Positions 20,621 through 29,847 are shown, counted from the first letter of the stretch. The stretch is 39,763 nt of DNA from Gemmatimonadota bacterium (GCA_039589315.1 JBDHHQ010000038.1:1-39763); one strand, 5' to 3'. The notes: a model not told the origin generated them from the sequence alone. Program-made: numbers and translations.

Positions 20621-21691
20621 ATGAGCTCGACACGACACCCACCTGACGCATTCTCCGTAGGCGAGGCCGCCGATCTGGTGGGCGGGCGCGTCATCGGGGA
20701 TCCGTCGGTGCTCATCGAGGGCGTCGCGCCGGTGGACCAGGCCGGCGCTCATCAGATGGCCTTCCTGGCCGCTCCGCGCTACGCGCGCCACCTATCTCGG
20801 TGTCGTGGCCGCGCGCTGCTGGTTTCGGAAGAGCTCGCGGAGGCGGAGTCAGAGCACGTGCCGACCCGCGTGGTCGTCTCTGACGCCCACCGCGCCCTGG
20901 CACTTCTCCTCGAGCACCTGCACCCCGATGCCGACCGCGTACCAGGCGTCCACCCGACGGCCGTGCTCGGCCGGGGAGTGAAGCTCGGCGAAGACGTCAC
21001 GATCGGACCGTATGCGGTCATCGAGGAAGGGGCCGAGCTGGGCGATCGGGTGGCCGTGGGGGCCCACGCCTGCGTGGGAGCCGGAGCGCGCCTCGGGGCC
21101 GACTCCCGCTTGTACCCCCATGTCGTCATCTACCCGGGCGTCGAGTTGGGTGCCCGGGTGATCCTCCACGCCGGCGTACGGCTCGGCGTCGATGGCTTCG
21201 GCTACGTGGTCGAGGACGGCGAGATCCGGAAGGTGCCACAGGTCGGCCGCTGCGTCGTCGAAGACGACGTGGAGATCGGCGCGAACACGTGCATCGACCG
21301 GGGCTCCATCGGCGAGACCCGGGTGGAGCGGGGCGTGAAGCTCGACAACCTGATTCACCTGGGGCACAACGTGACCGTCGGGTCCATGTCGATGCTCGCA
21401 GCCATGGTGGGCGTGTCCGGATCGGCGCGCATCGGCCGTGGCGTCGCGGCAGGCGGGCAGGTGGGGATCGGCGGCCACCTGGAGGTCGGAGACGGAGCCC
21501 GCCTGGGAGGACAGGCAGGCATCATCGGCGACGTCGCCCCCGGCGAGACCGTGTCGGGGTATCCCGCGCGTCGCCACCGGGACTACCTCCGCGCCATGGG
21601 CCGGCTCTTCAAGCTGCCGGAGCTCGCGGAGAGGCTGAAACGCGTGGAGAAGGCCGTGGACCGACTCCAGGCCGAGGACTCCGGTTCGTGA
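20621..21691 (+). CDS. lpxD: UDP-3-O-acylglucosamine N-acyltransferase
   Basis: Hexapeptide repeats, DGFGY, KVPQVG, EIGANTCIDRG, KLDNLIHLGHNV. Confidence 0.95.
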   Translation: MSSTRHPPDAFSVGEAADLVGGRVIGDPSVLIEGVAPVDQAGAHQMAFLAAPRYARHLSRCRGRALLVSEELAEAESEHVPTRVVVSDAHRALALLLEHLHPDADRVPGVHPTAVLGRGVKLGEDVTIGPYAVIEEGAELGDRVAVGAHACVGAGARLGADSRLYPHVVIYPGVELGARVILHAGVRLGVDGFGYVVEDGEIRKVPQVGRCVVEDDVEIGANTCIDRGSIGETRVERGVKLDNLIHLGHNVTVGSMSMLAAMVGVSGSARIGRGVAAGGQVGIGGHLEVGDGARLGGQAGIIGDVAPGETVSGYPARRHRDYLRAMGRLFKLPELAERLKRVEKAVDRLQAEDSGS

Positions 21692-21830
21692 ACGTCCCTG
21701 GGAGGTTAGGCCCCCACAGGGACCCGGTATTACATTCATCGACGGCTCGTGGCACGCATGCCACATCCATGGCCCCGTCGACCGAGAAAGCGACCCGCGA
21801 CGGGGACCTTCGCGCCCCCGACCGACACCT

Positions 21831-23120
21831 ATGACGCACACGAAGCAGCGGACGATCGCCGGTACCGTTACGGTCCAGGGCACGGGGGTCCACTCCGGAG
21901 AGCCGGCCACGTTGACCCTTCGCCCCGCACAGGAGGATCAGGGTCTCCGTTTCCGTCGGGTAGATCTCGACGGCGCGCCCGAGATTCCGGCGGACCTGGA
22001 CCACGTCGTCGGGACGGACCTGGGCACGAGCCTGGGCGCCGGAGACGCCAGGGTGCTCACGGTCGAGCACGTGATGGCCGCATTGGCCGCCATGGGCATC
22101 GACAACGCCATCCTCGACCTGGAGGGGCCCGAGCCGCCCATCTGCGACGGCAGCTTCAGCGGCTACCTCCAGGCGATCCGGAACGCGGGGACATGCGAGC
22201 TGGATGCGCCCGCCCGCGTCGTCGAGGTGAGGGAAGCCCTGAGCGTCAACCTCCCGAGCGGCGAGTCCTACGTTGCCGCGCCTGCAGAGGACTTCCGGAT
22301 CTCGGCGACCATCGACTTCGCGCACGAAGCCATCGGACGGCAGTACGGGTCCTTCGGCGTGACCGCTCCCGATTTCGAGACCGAGATCGCGCCCGCTCGC
22401 ACGTTCGGCTTCAAGGCAGAGGCCGACGCGCTCCACGCCCGAGGGCTGGCGTTGGGGGCTTCGTTGGAGAACACGGTCGTGCTCGACGACGACGGCGTGA
22501 TGAACGAGAGCCTGCGCTTCGCCGACGAGTTCCTCCGACACAAGATCGGGGACATGGTAGGGGATCTGGCGCTTCTCGGCGCGCGGATTCGCGGGCACGT
22601 GGTCGCGGAACGGCCCAGTCACCGGGGCAACATCGAGCTCGCTGGCGCTCTCGCAGAGCACGTCCGGCGCACCAACGGCAATAGCGGCATCGCGGACGTC
22701 CAACGTATCATGGAGCACTTGCCCCACCGTTACCCCATGCTCCTCGTCGACCGGATCATCGACTTCGAGTCGGGCAAACGCATCGTGGGCATAAAGAACG
22801 TCACCATCAACGAGCCTTTCTTCCAGGGACATTACCCTGGCCACCCGATCATGCCTGGCGTCCTCGTGATCGAGGCCATGGCCCAGGTCGGTGGGCTTCT
22901 CCTGATGGATGCCGTAGAGAACCCGGAGGACAAGGTGGTCTACTTCATGTCGTTGGATAAGGTGAAGTGGCGCCGCCCGGTGACGCCGGGAGATCAGCTC
23001 GTATTCGAGTTGGAAATGCTACAACTGCGGCGCCGGGTTTGTCGCATGCGGGGAACGGGGAAGGTTGACGGACACCTTGTGGCCGAGGCCGAGCTCATGG
23101 CCCGGATCGTGGATCGATGA
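21831..23120 (+). CDS. lpxC-fabZ: Bifunctional LpxC deacetylase / FabZ dehydratase
   Basis: KQRTI...GTGVHSG, TVEHVMAAL, PARTFG, HKIGD fused to LPHRYPMLLVD...FFQGHYPGHPIMPGVL. Confidence 0.95.
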   Translation: MTHTKQRTIAGTVTVQGTGVHSGEPATLTLRPAQEDQGLRFRRVDLDGAPEIPADLDHVVGTDLGTSLGAGDARVLTVEHVMAALAAMGIDNAILDLEGPEPPICDGSFSGYLQAIRNAGTCELDAPARVVEVREALSVNLPSGESYVAAPAEDFRISATIDFAHEAIGRQYGSFGVTAPDFETEIAPARTFGFKAEADALHARGLALGASLENTVVLDDDGVMNESLRFADEFLRHKIGDMVGDLALLGARIRGHVVAERPSHRGNIELAGALAEHVRRTNGNSGIADVQRIMEHLPHRYPMLLVDRIIDFESGKRIVGIKNVTINEPFFQGHYPGHPIMPGVLVIEAMAQVGGLLLMDAVENPEDKVVYFMSLDKVKWRRPVTPGDQLVFELEMLQLRRRVCRMRGTGKVDGHLVAEAELMARIVDR

Positions 23121-23923
23121 GAGAAATCGCACTGAACGACAGCCGCACCGAGACCCTCATCCACTCCACCGCCATCGTGGATCCGACCGCCGACCTCGGC
23201 GTGGGCGTCACGGTGGGGCCGTGGGCGTTGATCGGACCGGACGTCCAGGTGGGCGACCGGACCGCGATCGGGCCGTCCGCTCTGATCGAGCGCGACACGA
23301 CAGTGGGCTCCGACTGCCGCATCGCCAAGGGCGCTGTCCTGGGGACGGATCCTCAGGACCTGAAGTACGCGGGCGAGAAGACCTTCCTCACGGTCGGCGA
23401 CCGAACGGTGATCCGGGAGTTCGCCACGCTGAACCGGGGAACCGCCGCCTCGGGAAGCACCTCCGTCGGTTCCGACTGCCTGCTCATGGCGTACACGCAC
23501 GTGGCCCACGACTGCAGGCTCGGGGATCACGTCGTGATCTCGAACGCGGTGAACATGGCCGGTCACGTGGAGATCGGGGACTGGGCCATCGTGGGCGGTC
23601 TCACGCCGATCCATCAGTTCGTCCGCATCGGCACCCACGCGTTCGTGGGCGGAGGCTCCCGCATCGCCAAGGACGTGCCGCCGTACTGCCGCGCGGCCGG
23701 CAGCCCGCCCAAGCTCTACGGCTTGAACAGCGTAGGCCTGGAGCGCCGAGGTTTCTCGGGAGACGTAAGATCTTCTCTCAAGAAGGCCTACCGCATTCTC
23801 TTCCAGTCGAACCTGAATGTGACCCAGGGGATCGCGCAGGTCGAGCAGGAGATGGAGTCGGTGCCCGAGGTGAAGATCTTCCTGGAGTTCATCCAGGGTA
23901 GCGAACGGGGGATCACGGTCTGA
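23117..23923 (+). CDS. lpxA: Acyl-ACP--UDP-N-acetylglucosamine O-acyltransferase
   Basis: IHSTAIV, PQDLKY, IREFATLNRGT, HVAHDC, IHQFVRIG, KDVPPY, GLNSVGL. Confidence 0.96.
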   Translation: MREIALNDSRTETLIHSTAIVDPTADLGVGVTVGPWALIGPDVQVGDRTAIGPSALIERDTTVGSDCRIAKGAVLGTDPQDLKYAGEKTFLTVGDRTVIREFATLNRGTAASGSTSVGSDCLLMAYTHVAHDCRLGDHVVISNAVNMAGHVEIGDWAIVGGLTPIHQFVRIGTHAFVGGGSRIAKDVPPYCRAAGSPPKLYGLNSVGLERRGFSGDVRSSLKKAYRILFQSNLNVTQGIAQVEQEMESVPEVKIFLEFIQGSERGITV

Positions 23924-24927
23924 TGCCCCCCTCCGGCGCCCCCCTGCGCGTGGGCGTGGCGGGCGTCGGCAGCCTGGGATTCCATCACGCCCGCATCCTC
24001 GGGGACCTGCCCGAGGTGGACATGCGGGGCTTCTTCGACGTGGACCCCGCTCGGGCGGATCACGTGGCTCGCGAGTTGGGGGCCACGCCCCACGACAGCC
24101 TCGACAGCCTCCTGGAAGCGGTGGATGCGTTGGTCGTCGCCGTCCCCACCACGGCTCACGAGCGGGTGAGCCTGGCGGCGCTGGGGTGGGGGGTCCACGT
24201 GCTGATCGAGAAGCCCATGGCGCCTTCACTCGACGCGGCCGACCGAATCCTCGACGCGGCCCACGGCGCCGACGCGCTGGTACAGGTGGGTCATGTGGAG
24301 CGCTTCAATCCGGCGATCCTGGCGGCGGAACCGTACCTCGAGCAGCCGCTGTTCATCGAGTCGCACCGCATGGCCCCTTTCGTGTCCCGGGGCACCGACG
24401 TCGCCGTGGTCCTGGATCTCATGATCCACGACGTGGATCTGGTCGGGAGCCTGGTGGGTACCCCCATTCGGGAGATCGCGGCCAGCGGCGTGCCCGTGCT
24501 GACGCAGAGCGTGGACATCGCCAACGCCCGTCTCGCCTTCGAAGGCGGCGCGGTGGCAAACCTGACGGCCAGCCGCGTCTCGTTGGAGAAGATGCGGAAG
24601 CTCCGCGTCTTCCAGCGGTCGGGCTACTTGAGCCTCGATCTGGCACGGGGCAGCGGCTCTTTCCTGCGTCTGAAGGGAGAGCTTCCCTGGATCTCGGGCG
24701 AGGAAGCTCCGACGAGCCTCAGCGGACTGTCGGACATCGTGGAACGGATGCCGCTCCAGGGAGACGGCACGGAGCCCCTCCGCCGCGAGCTGGAAAGCTT
24801 CCGCGACGCGTGTCTGGGACGGCGCTCGCCCGCGGTTTCGGGAGTGGCGGGCCGGGACGCCCTGGCCGTGTCCCTGTCCATCGACGCACGGATCAGAGAG
24901 CATGTCGTTGATACGAGTCCGGCGTGA
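23923..24927 (+). CDS. Gfo/Idh/MocA-family oxidoreductase (GnnA-like)
   Basis: GVGSLGFHH Rossmann fold, HVLIEKP, QVGHVERFNP, DVAVVLDLMIHD, TASRVS; sits between lpxA and lpxB. Confidence 0.88.
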   Translation: MPPSGAPLRVGVAGVGSLGFHHARILGDLPEVDMRGFFDVDPARADHVARELGATPHDSLDSLLEAVDALVVAVPTTAHERVSLAALGWGVHVLIEKPMAPSLDAADRILDAAHGADALVQVGHVERFNPAILAAEPYLEQPLFIESHRMAPFVSRGTDVAVVLDLMIHDVDLVGSLVGTPIREIAASGVPVLTQSVDIANARLAFEGGAVANLTASRVSLEKMRKLRVFQRSGYLSLDLARGSGSFLRLKGELPWISGEEAPTSLSGLSDIVERMPLQGDGTEPLRRELESFRDACLGRRSPAVSGVAGRDALAVSLSIDARIREHVVDTSPA

Positions 24928-25036
24928 CCGGAAGAAGCAGTGGATCGACGTCAAGAAGAAGAGCTCCACGCGGAAGCTCATGGTCTTCCTCGGCCTGGTC
25001 CTCGTGGCCATCTGGTACCTGAGCACGCGGTTCTGA
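24902..25036 (+). CDS. 44-aa basic single-pass membrane micro-protein (not in the ORF track)
   Basis: MSLIRVRRDRKKQWIDVKKKSSTRKLMVFLGLVLVAIWYLSTRF*; GAGAG upstream; strongly GC3-biased codons; fills the Gfo-lpxB gap. Confidence 0.7.
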   Translation: MSLIRVRRDRKKQWIDVKKKSSTRKLMVFLGLVLVAIWYLSTRF

Positions 25037-26190
25037 CCGGCTCCTCGACCCGCCCTCCGCCGACCATCCTGTTGCTGGCCGGGGAGGTGAGCGGGGACCT
25101 TCACGGCGCCGACGTGGCGGCGGCCCTGCGGCGCCGCTACCCCTCCGCTCGTCTGTTGGGGCTGGGGGGGCGGCTCATGGAGGCACAGGGCGTCGAGCTC
25201 ATGGCCGGCTTGGACCAACTGGCCGTCATGGGGTTCGTGGAGGTCGTGGGCCGGCTCCCCTTCTTCTGGCGCCTGGAACGCCGGGTCGAGACCCTGATGG
25301 ACACCCAGGAGGTCGACCTGGTCCTGCCCATCGACTACCCCGGCTTCAACCTGCGCGTGGCCCGCTCCGCTCACCGGCGGGGCATCCCGGTGCTCTATTA
25401 CATCGCGCCTCAGGTGTGGGCATGGAAGAAGCGTAGAGCCAAGCAGCTGGCGAGACACGCGGATCACGTCGCGGTGATTCTGCCCTTCGAGGTCCCCATC
25501 TTCGAGAGAGAGGGCGGGAAGGCGACGTTCGTGGGCCATCCACTCCTCGAGCACCACGCCGGGGACGCTGCCGATGGCGGATTCGCGGACCGCTACGGTC
25601 TCCCGCCCGATCGGCCCATCCTCGCGCTCTTCCCGGGGTCGAGAGCACAGGAGGTCGAGCGGCACCTGGAGCTGTTTCTCGAGACGGTCCGCCGGATTCA
25701 TGACGAGCGGCCCGACATCCAGCCGGTCATCGCCCGGGCGGACGCCGTTCCGGAGCACCTCTACCGTGACGCCGCTGCGCCGGTGGTGGCAGAGCCACGG
25801 GCATTGCTCCGAGCCGCCCGCGCGGCGCTCGTGAAGTCGGGCACGACCACTCTGGAAGCGGCCCTCGCCGGCACCCCGTTCGTCGTCACCTACCAGACGC
25901 ACCCCGTCACGTACTTCCTGGCTCGCCGCCTCGTGCGCGTGCCCCATGTGGCCCTGGCCAACCTGGTGGCCGGAGACCGAGTCGTGCCGGAGCTGCTCCA
26001 GGACGAGGCGACGCCGGAGACGCTGGCGGACGCCCTTGTCCCGCTGCTGGACGAGGGCTCGCCCCCACGGGCAGCCATGCTCGAGGGCCTCTTGCGGGTG
26101 CGGCGATCGCTTGGCACGCCGGGGGCAGCGGAGCGGGTGGCGGACATCGCGGTGGATCTGCTGGAGGCGCGGGTTGGGCCAGCGCGCTGA
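25033..26190 (+). CDS. lpxB: Lipid-A-disaccharide synthase (probable CTG start)
   Basis: AGEVSGDLHGA, LAVMGFVEV, IDYPGFN, YYIAPQVWAW, FPGSR, KSGTTTLE, LANLVAG. Start is uncertain (CTG 25033; alternatives GTG 24940 or TTG 25072). Confidence 0.93.
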   Translation: MTGSSTRPPPTILLLAGEVSGDLHGADVAAALRRRYPSARLLGLGGRLMEAQGVELMAGLDQLAVMGFVEVVGRLPFFWRLERRVETLMDTQEVDLVLPIDYPGFNLRVARSAHRRGIPVLYYIAPQVWAWKKRRAKQLARHADHVAVILPFEVPIFEREGGKATFVGHPLLEHHAGDAADGGFADRYGLPPDRPILALFPGSRAQEVERHLELFLETVRRIHDERPDIQPVIARADAVPEHLYRDAAAPVVAEPRALLRAARAALVKSGTTTLEAALAGTPFVVTYQTHPVTYFLARRLVRVPHVALANLVAGDRVVPELLQDEATPETLADALVPLLDEGSPPRAAMLEGLLRVRRSLGTPGAAERVADIAVDLLEARVGPAR

Positions 26191-27196
26191 CCGCTGGCGG
26201 AGCTCGCTCTGGAGCGAGGGCGGGGGACCGGGCTTCGGGCTCGTGCGGACCGCCCTGCTGCCCCTGGAAGGCCTGTACCGAGCCGGCATGGGCCTCCGCA
26301 ACCGGGCCTTCGACGTAGGGCTGCTCCGGAGCGCCGAGCCGCCCATCCCGGTGGTGTCCGTGGGGAACCTGACGGTCGGGGGCACCGGCAAGACGCCGGT
26401 GACGGCGTGGATCGTCGCCGAGCTGACGCGGCTCGGCGCCAGCCCCGCCGTGGTCAGTCGAGGCTACGGCCAGGACGAGATCGCCCTGCATCGGCAGTGG
26501 CATCCCGCCGTGCCGGTGCTGGTCGCGCCACGCCGGATCGAGGGCATCCGGGAGGCCGCCCGCGCCGGCGCCTCGGTGGCCGTCCTGGACGACGGCTTCC
26601 AGCACCGGTGGGTCCGGAGGTCGCTGGACCTGGTGCTCCTGGCGGCGGAGCAGCCGTTCCCGGCGGCCGTGCTCCCGCGCGGCCCGGGTCGGGAGCCGCC
26701 CAGCGCGCTGACCCGGGCAGACTGGGCGGTGATCACCCACAAGACGGCCTCGGCCGGACGCGTCGAGGCGGTGGCGGCCGAGGTGGGGGCCCGCCAGCCC
26801 CACCTCCGCGTGGCCCACCTGACCCTCGCACCCGATGGGTGGGTCAACCTGGCCGGTGAGACCGTGCCGCCCCCCGGGACCGATGTGCTGGTGGTGGCTT
26901 CGGTGGCGCAGCCCCAGACGGTGGGGGACCTGGTACGGACGACCACCGGACACGAATCCGACCTCCTCGCCTACCCGGACCATCATCGTTACGGCGCCCA
27001 TGACGCGCGGCGCATCCGCGAGGTGGCCGGCGAACGGATCGTCGTCACCACGGAGAAGGATGCCGTGAAGCTGAGCCCCTACGCTGACGGGCTCGACGAC
27101 GTACGCGTGTTGCGCCTGGCCGTGCGGCCGGGGACCGGGAGCGAAGAGCTCCGGGCCCGCCTGGCACGGGTCGCGGGAGCGGAGGCGACGCCGTGA
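26174..27196 (+). CDS. lpxK: Tetraacyldisaccharide 4'-kinase
   Basis: VVSVGNLTVGGTGKTP, SRGYG, LDDGFQH, LPRGPGRE, YPDHH, TTEKDAVK; TTG 26174 preceded by GGAGG. Confidence 0.93.
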   Translation: MGQRADRWRSSLWSEGGGPGFGLVRTALLPLEGLYRAGMGLRNRAFDVGLLRSAEPPIPVVSVGNLTVGGTGKTPVTAWIVAELTRLGASPAVVSRGYGQDEIALHRQWHPAVPVLVAPRRIEGIREAARAGASVAVLDDGFQHRWVRRSLDLVLLAAEQPFPAAVLPRGPGREPPSALTRADWAVITHKTASAGRVEAVAAEVGARQPHLRVAHLTLAPDGWVNLAGETVPPPGTDVLVVASVAQPQTVGDLVRTTTGHESDLLAYPDHHRYGAHDARRIREVAGERIVVTTEKDAVKLSPYADGLDDVRVLRLAVRPGTGSEELRARLARVAGAEATP

Positions 27197-27669
27197 AGGT
27201 CTCGATCCTCGTTGTGGGAAAGCCCAAAGGGCCGTTGGCCGGCGCCATCGCCGAGTACGAGGCCCGGGCGGGTCGGTACTGGAAGCTGGACGTGGCCGCG
27301 GTGGCTGCGGGGGCCGGCCGTAGCGCCGCCGGCGAGACGATCCGGGAGGCGGAGGGCGACCGCCTGCTGGTCCGTCTCCCGAACGCCGGTCACGTGGTGG
27401 CCTTGACCCGGGAGGGCGGGCCCATGAGCTCGGACGAGCTGGCCCGGTACCTCGAGGAGCAGGCGATCCGGTCCACGCCGTCGGTAACCTTCGTGATCGG
27501 CGGGGCCTTCGGCCTCTCGTCGCCTGTCCTCGACCGGGCTCATCGACGGCTCTCGCTGTCGCCCATGACCCTTCCCCACGACCTCGCCCGTCTCGTGCTC
27601 GCCGAACAGCTCTACCGTGCCGGGACCATCCTCCGCAACGAACCCTACCACAAGGGAACCGCACGGTGA
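27193..27669 (+). CDS. rlmH: 23S rRNA (pseudouridine-1915-N3)-methyltransferase
   Basis: VGK, FVIGGAFGL, LSLSPMTLPHDLARLVLAEQLYRA, PYHK. Confidence 0.96.
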   Translation: MKVSILVVGKPKGPLAGAIAEYEARAGRYWKLDVAAVAAGAGRSAAGETIREAEGDRLLVRLPNAGHVVALTREGGPMSSDELARYLEEQAIRSTPSVTFVIGGAFGLSSPVLDRAHRRLSLSPMTLPHDLARLVLAEQLYRAGTILRNEPYHKGTAR

Positions 27670-27805
27670 GAGCGGGGTCTCGGAGTTCCCGAAGCCGAGG
27701 AAGGCATCCGGAGCCCGGTCTTCAGGCTCCGGCCCACACCGTCCATCGGGCCTCGCGGGGGCCCGTCAGGCTCGCGCCCCGCGACTCACGAGCAAGGAGA
27801 GACCG

Positions 27806-29434
27806 CTGAACCTCGAGATCGTTGCACGGTTCCCCTCGGGCGCCCCCGTCGTGAAGGACTACCTGGCCGGAGCCCGTGCGGCCATGCCGTTCTATGCCGG
27901 AAGCTGGTCGGATCCCGGGTCCTTCGAGGGGAAAGCGGCCGAGGTGGACAGCCGTTTCGGACGAGACGAGCGGCGCCGCGTGGCCGAAGCCGTGCGGCCC
28001 CACGACGAAGCCGGGCGAGCTCGACTGGAGCGCTTCGTCGAGGAGGGGGGCTTCATGGTCACGACCGGGCAGCAGCCCGGCCTGTTCACTGGCCCCCTCT
28101 ACAGCATCTACAAGGGAATCACCGCTGTTTGCCTCGCCGCCGAGCTCGAGGCCCACCTCGGGAAGCCCGTGATCCCGCTCTTCTGGGTCGGATCCGAGGA
28201 CCACGACTGGGCCGAGTGCAACCACACCTTCGTCCTCGACGCCGAGAATCGCCTCCAGAGGGTACAGGTCGCGGACCCCGGTGGCGACAGCCGGCGGCCG
28301 ATTCACCGGATCGATTTGGGCGCGGAGCTGACCGAGGCGCTGAGCGCCTTCGCCTCGATGCTTCCCGAGACCGACTTCAGCGAGGCGGCCCTCGACGTCC
28401 TTCGACGGGCCTACGAGCCCGGACGGACCCTCGGCAGGGGCTTCCGCGAGACCGTCGACGCCCTCCTGGGGCCCTTGGGACTCATGACCACCGAGTCGTC
28501 GGACCGGGTGGTCAAAGAGGTGTCCGCGCCCGTGCTGTGGGATGCCCTCGAGCGGTCGGTCGAGCACGAGGCAGTGCTGACCGAGACCACCGGGCGGCTT
28601 CAGGCGGCGGGCTACGAGCCGCAAGTCGCCGTGCTCGCCGGGGCCGTGAACCTGTTTCTGGAGGGTCCGGGCGGCCGGGAGCGCCTGTACCGCGACGACG
28701 ACGGCTTTCGCCTCCATACGTCCGGGGAGCATCGGTCTCTCGACGAGATCAGAGCGGAGGTCACCGCAGATCCTCACGCCCTGAGCCCCAACGTGTTCCT
28801 CCGGCCCGTGGTCGAGAGCCGGGTGTTTCCGACGCTGAGCTACGTTGCCGGCCCGGGCGAGGTGGCCTACTTCGCACAGCTCGAGCGGTACTTCGCGCTC
28901 CAGGACATCCGCATGCCCGTGGTCTATCCGCGGATCGCCTACACGCTCGTGGAAGCCAAGGTGGGCAAGGTGCTGAAGAAGCTCGATATCGACGTGGAGG
29001 CGCTGGCGCAGCCGTTCCACGAGGTGGCGGCGGCCTTTGCCCGTGAAGAGGTCCCTGACGAGGTGCGCCGGGCGCTGGGAACGCTCCGCGGCGCCGTCGG
29101 GCAGGGGTCCGCCCAGCTCCTGGAGGCGGCCCGGCCCATCGATCCGACGTTGAAGGGTCCCATCCAGGCAGCCCGGAACGCTTCGCTCGTCGCCTTCGCC
29201 GACGCCGAGAAAAAGATCCTGCAGAGCGTGAAACGGCAGAGCGAGATCGCCCTCGGGCAGCTGGAGAAAGCCCAGAAGAACCTGTTTCCGGAGGGCCGCC
29301 CCCAGGAGCGCTGCCTCAACATCTTCCAGTACCTGGTGCGCTACGGCGACGCGCTGATTCCGGCGCTGGCGGAACGGGCACGTGATCTCGTCCGTATGAA
29401 GGGGGTAGAGGTCACGTCCGCAGAGGAGGCCTAG
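27806..29434 (+). CDS. bshC: Bacillithiol biosynthesis cysteine-adding enzyme BshC (probable CTG start)
   Basis: VTTGQQPGLFTGPLYSIYK, FWVGSEDHDWAE, SPNVFLRP, YVAGPGEVAYFAQL, PQER. AAGGAG precedes CTG 27806; alternative GTG at 27851. Confidence 0.9.
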   Translation: MNLEIVARFPSGAPVVKDYLAGARAAMPFYAGSWSDPGSFEGKAAEVDSRFGRDERRRVAEAVRPHDEAGRARLERFVEEGGFMVTTGQQPGLFTGPLYSIYKGITAVCLAAELEAHLGKPVIPLFWVGSEDHDWAECNHTFVLDAENRLQRVQVADPGGDSRRPIHRIDLGAELTEALSAFASMLPETDFSEAALDVLRRAYEPGRTLGRGFRETVDALLGPLGLMTTESSDRVVKEVSAPVLWDALERSVEHEAVLTETTGRLQAAGYEPQVAVLAGAVNLFLEGPGGRERLYRDDDGFRLHTSGEHRSLDEIRAEVTADPHALSPNVFLRPVVESRVFPTLSYVAGPGEVAYFAQLERYFALQDIRMPVVYPRIAYTLVEAKVGKVLKKLDIDVEALAQPFHEVAAAFAREEVPDEVRRALGTLRGAVGQGSAQLLEAARPIDPTLKGPIQAARNASLVAFADAEKKILQSVKRQSEIALGQLEKAQKNLFPEGRPQERCLNIFQYLVRYGDALIPALAERARDLVRMKGVEVTSAEEA

Positions 29435-29568
29435 CCGACGTCGGACCGCTCGCGGCCTTGCGCAGGCCAGATCGCTCGCGGTCTGGCTGCCCCAAAGTAG
29501 GGCCCGCTGCGGCGCGGCGCGGAAGATCCCCGATGGCGTGGCCTGGAATGCACCCGTAACTTCGGCCC

Positions 29569-29847
29569 ATGTTCTGGCAGATCGTCTTCATTCTCGTCCT
29601 GATGATCCCCATTCTGGCGATCGTGTTGGACTCCCAGGTCGGGCGCGCCCTGGCGGCCCGTCTCGAGGGCAGGGCCCTGGGGGAGCCATCCGACCTGGCC
29701 GCCGACCGGATCACCTACCTCGAGGGCGAGGTGGACCGTCTCTCCTCGGAGGTGCTGCGACTGGACGAGGAGAGCCAATTCCTCCACAAGCTCCTGGCGG
29801 AACAGCCGGAGCGCGAGGCGCTGCCGCCGGGTGACCGAGACGGCTGA
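29569..29847 (+). CDS. Small hypothetical membrane-anchored coiled-coil protein
   Basis: N-terminal TM helix (FWQIVFILVLMIPILAIVL) plus C-terminal heptads (ITYLEGEVDRLSSEVLRLDEE); overlaps the murJ start. Confidence 0.75.
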   Translation: MFWQIVFILVLMIPILAIVLDSQVGRALAARLEGRALGEPSDLAADRITYLEGEVDRLSSEVLRLDEESQFLHKLLAEQPEREALPPGDRDG

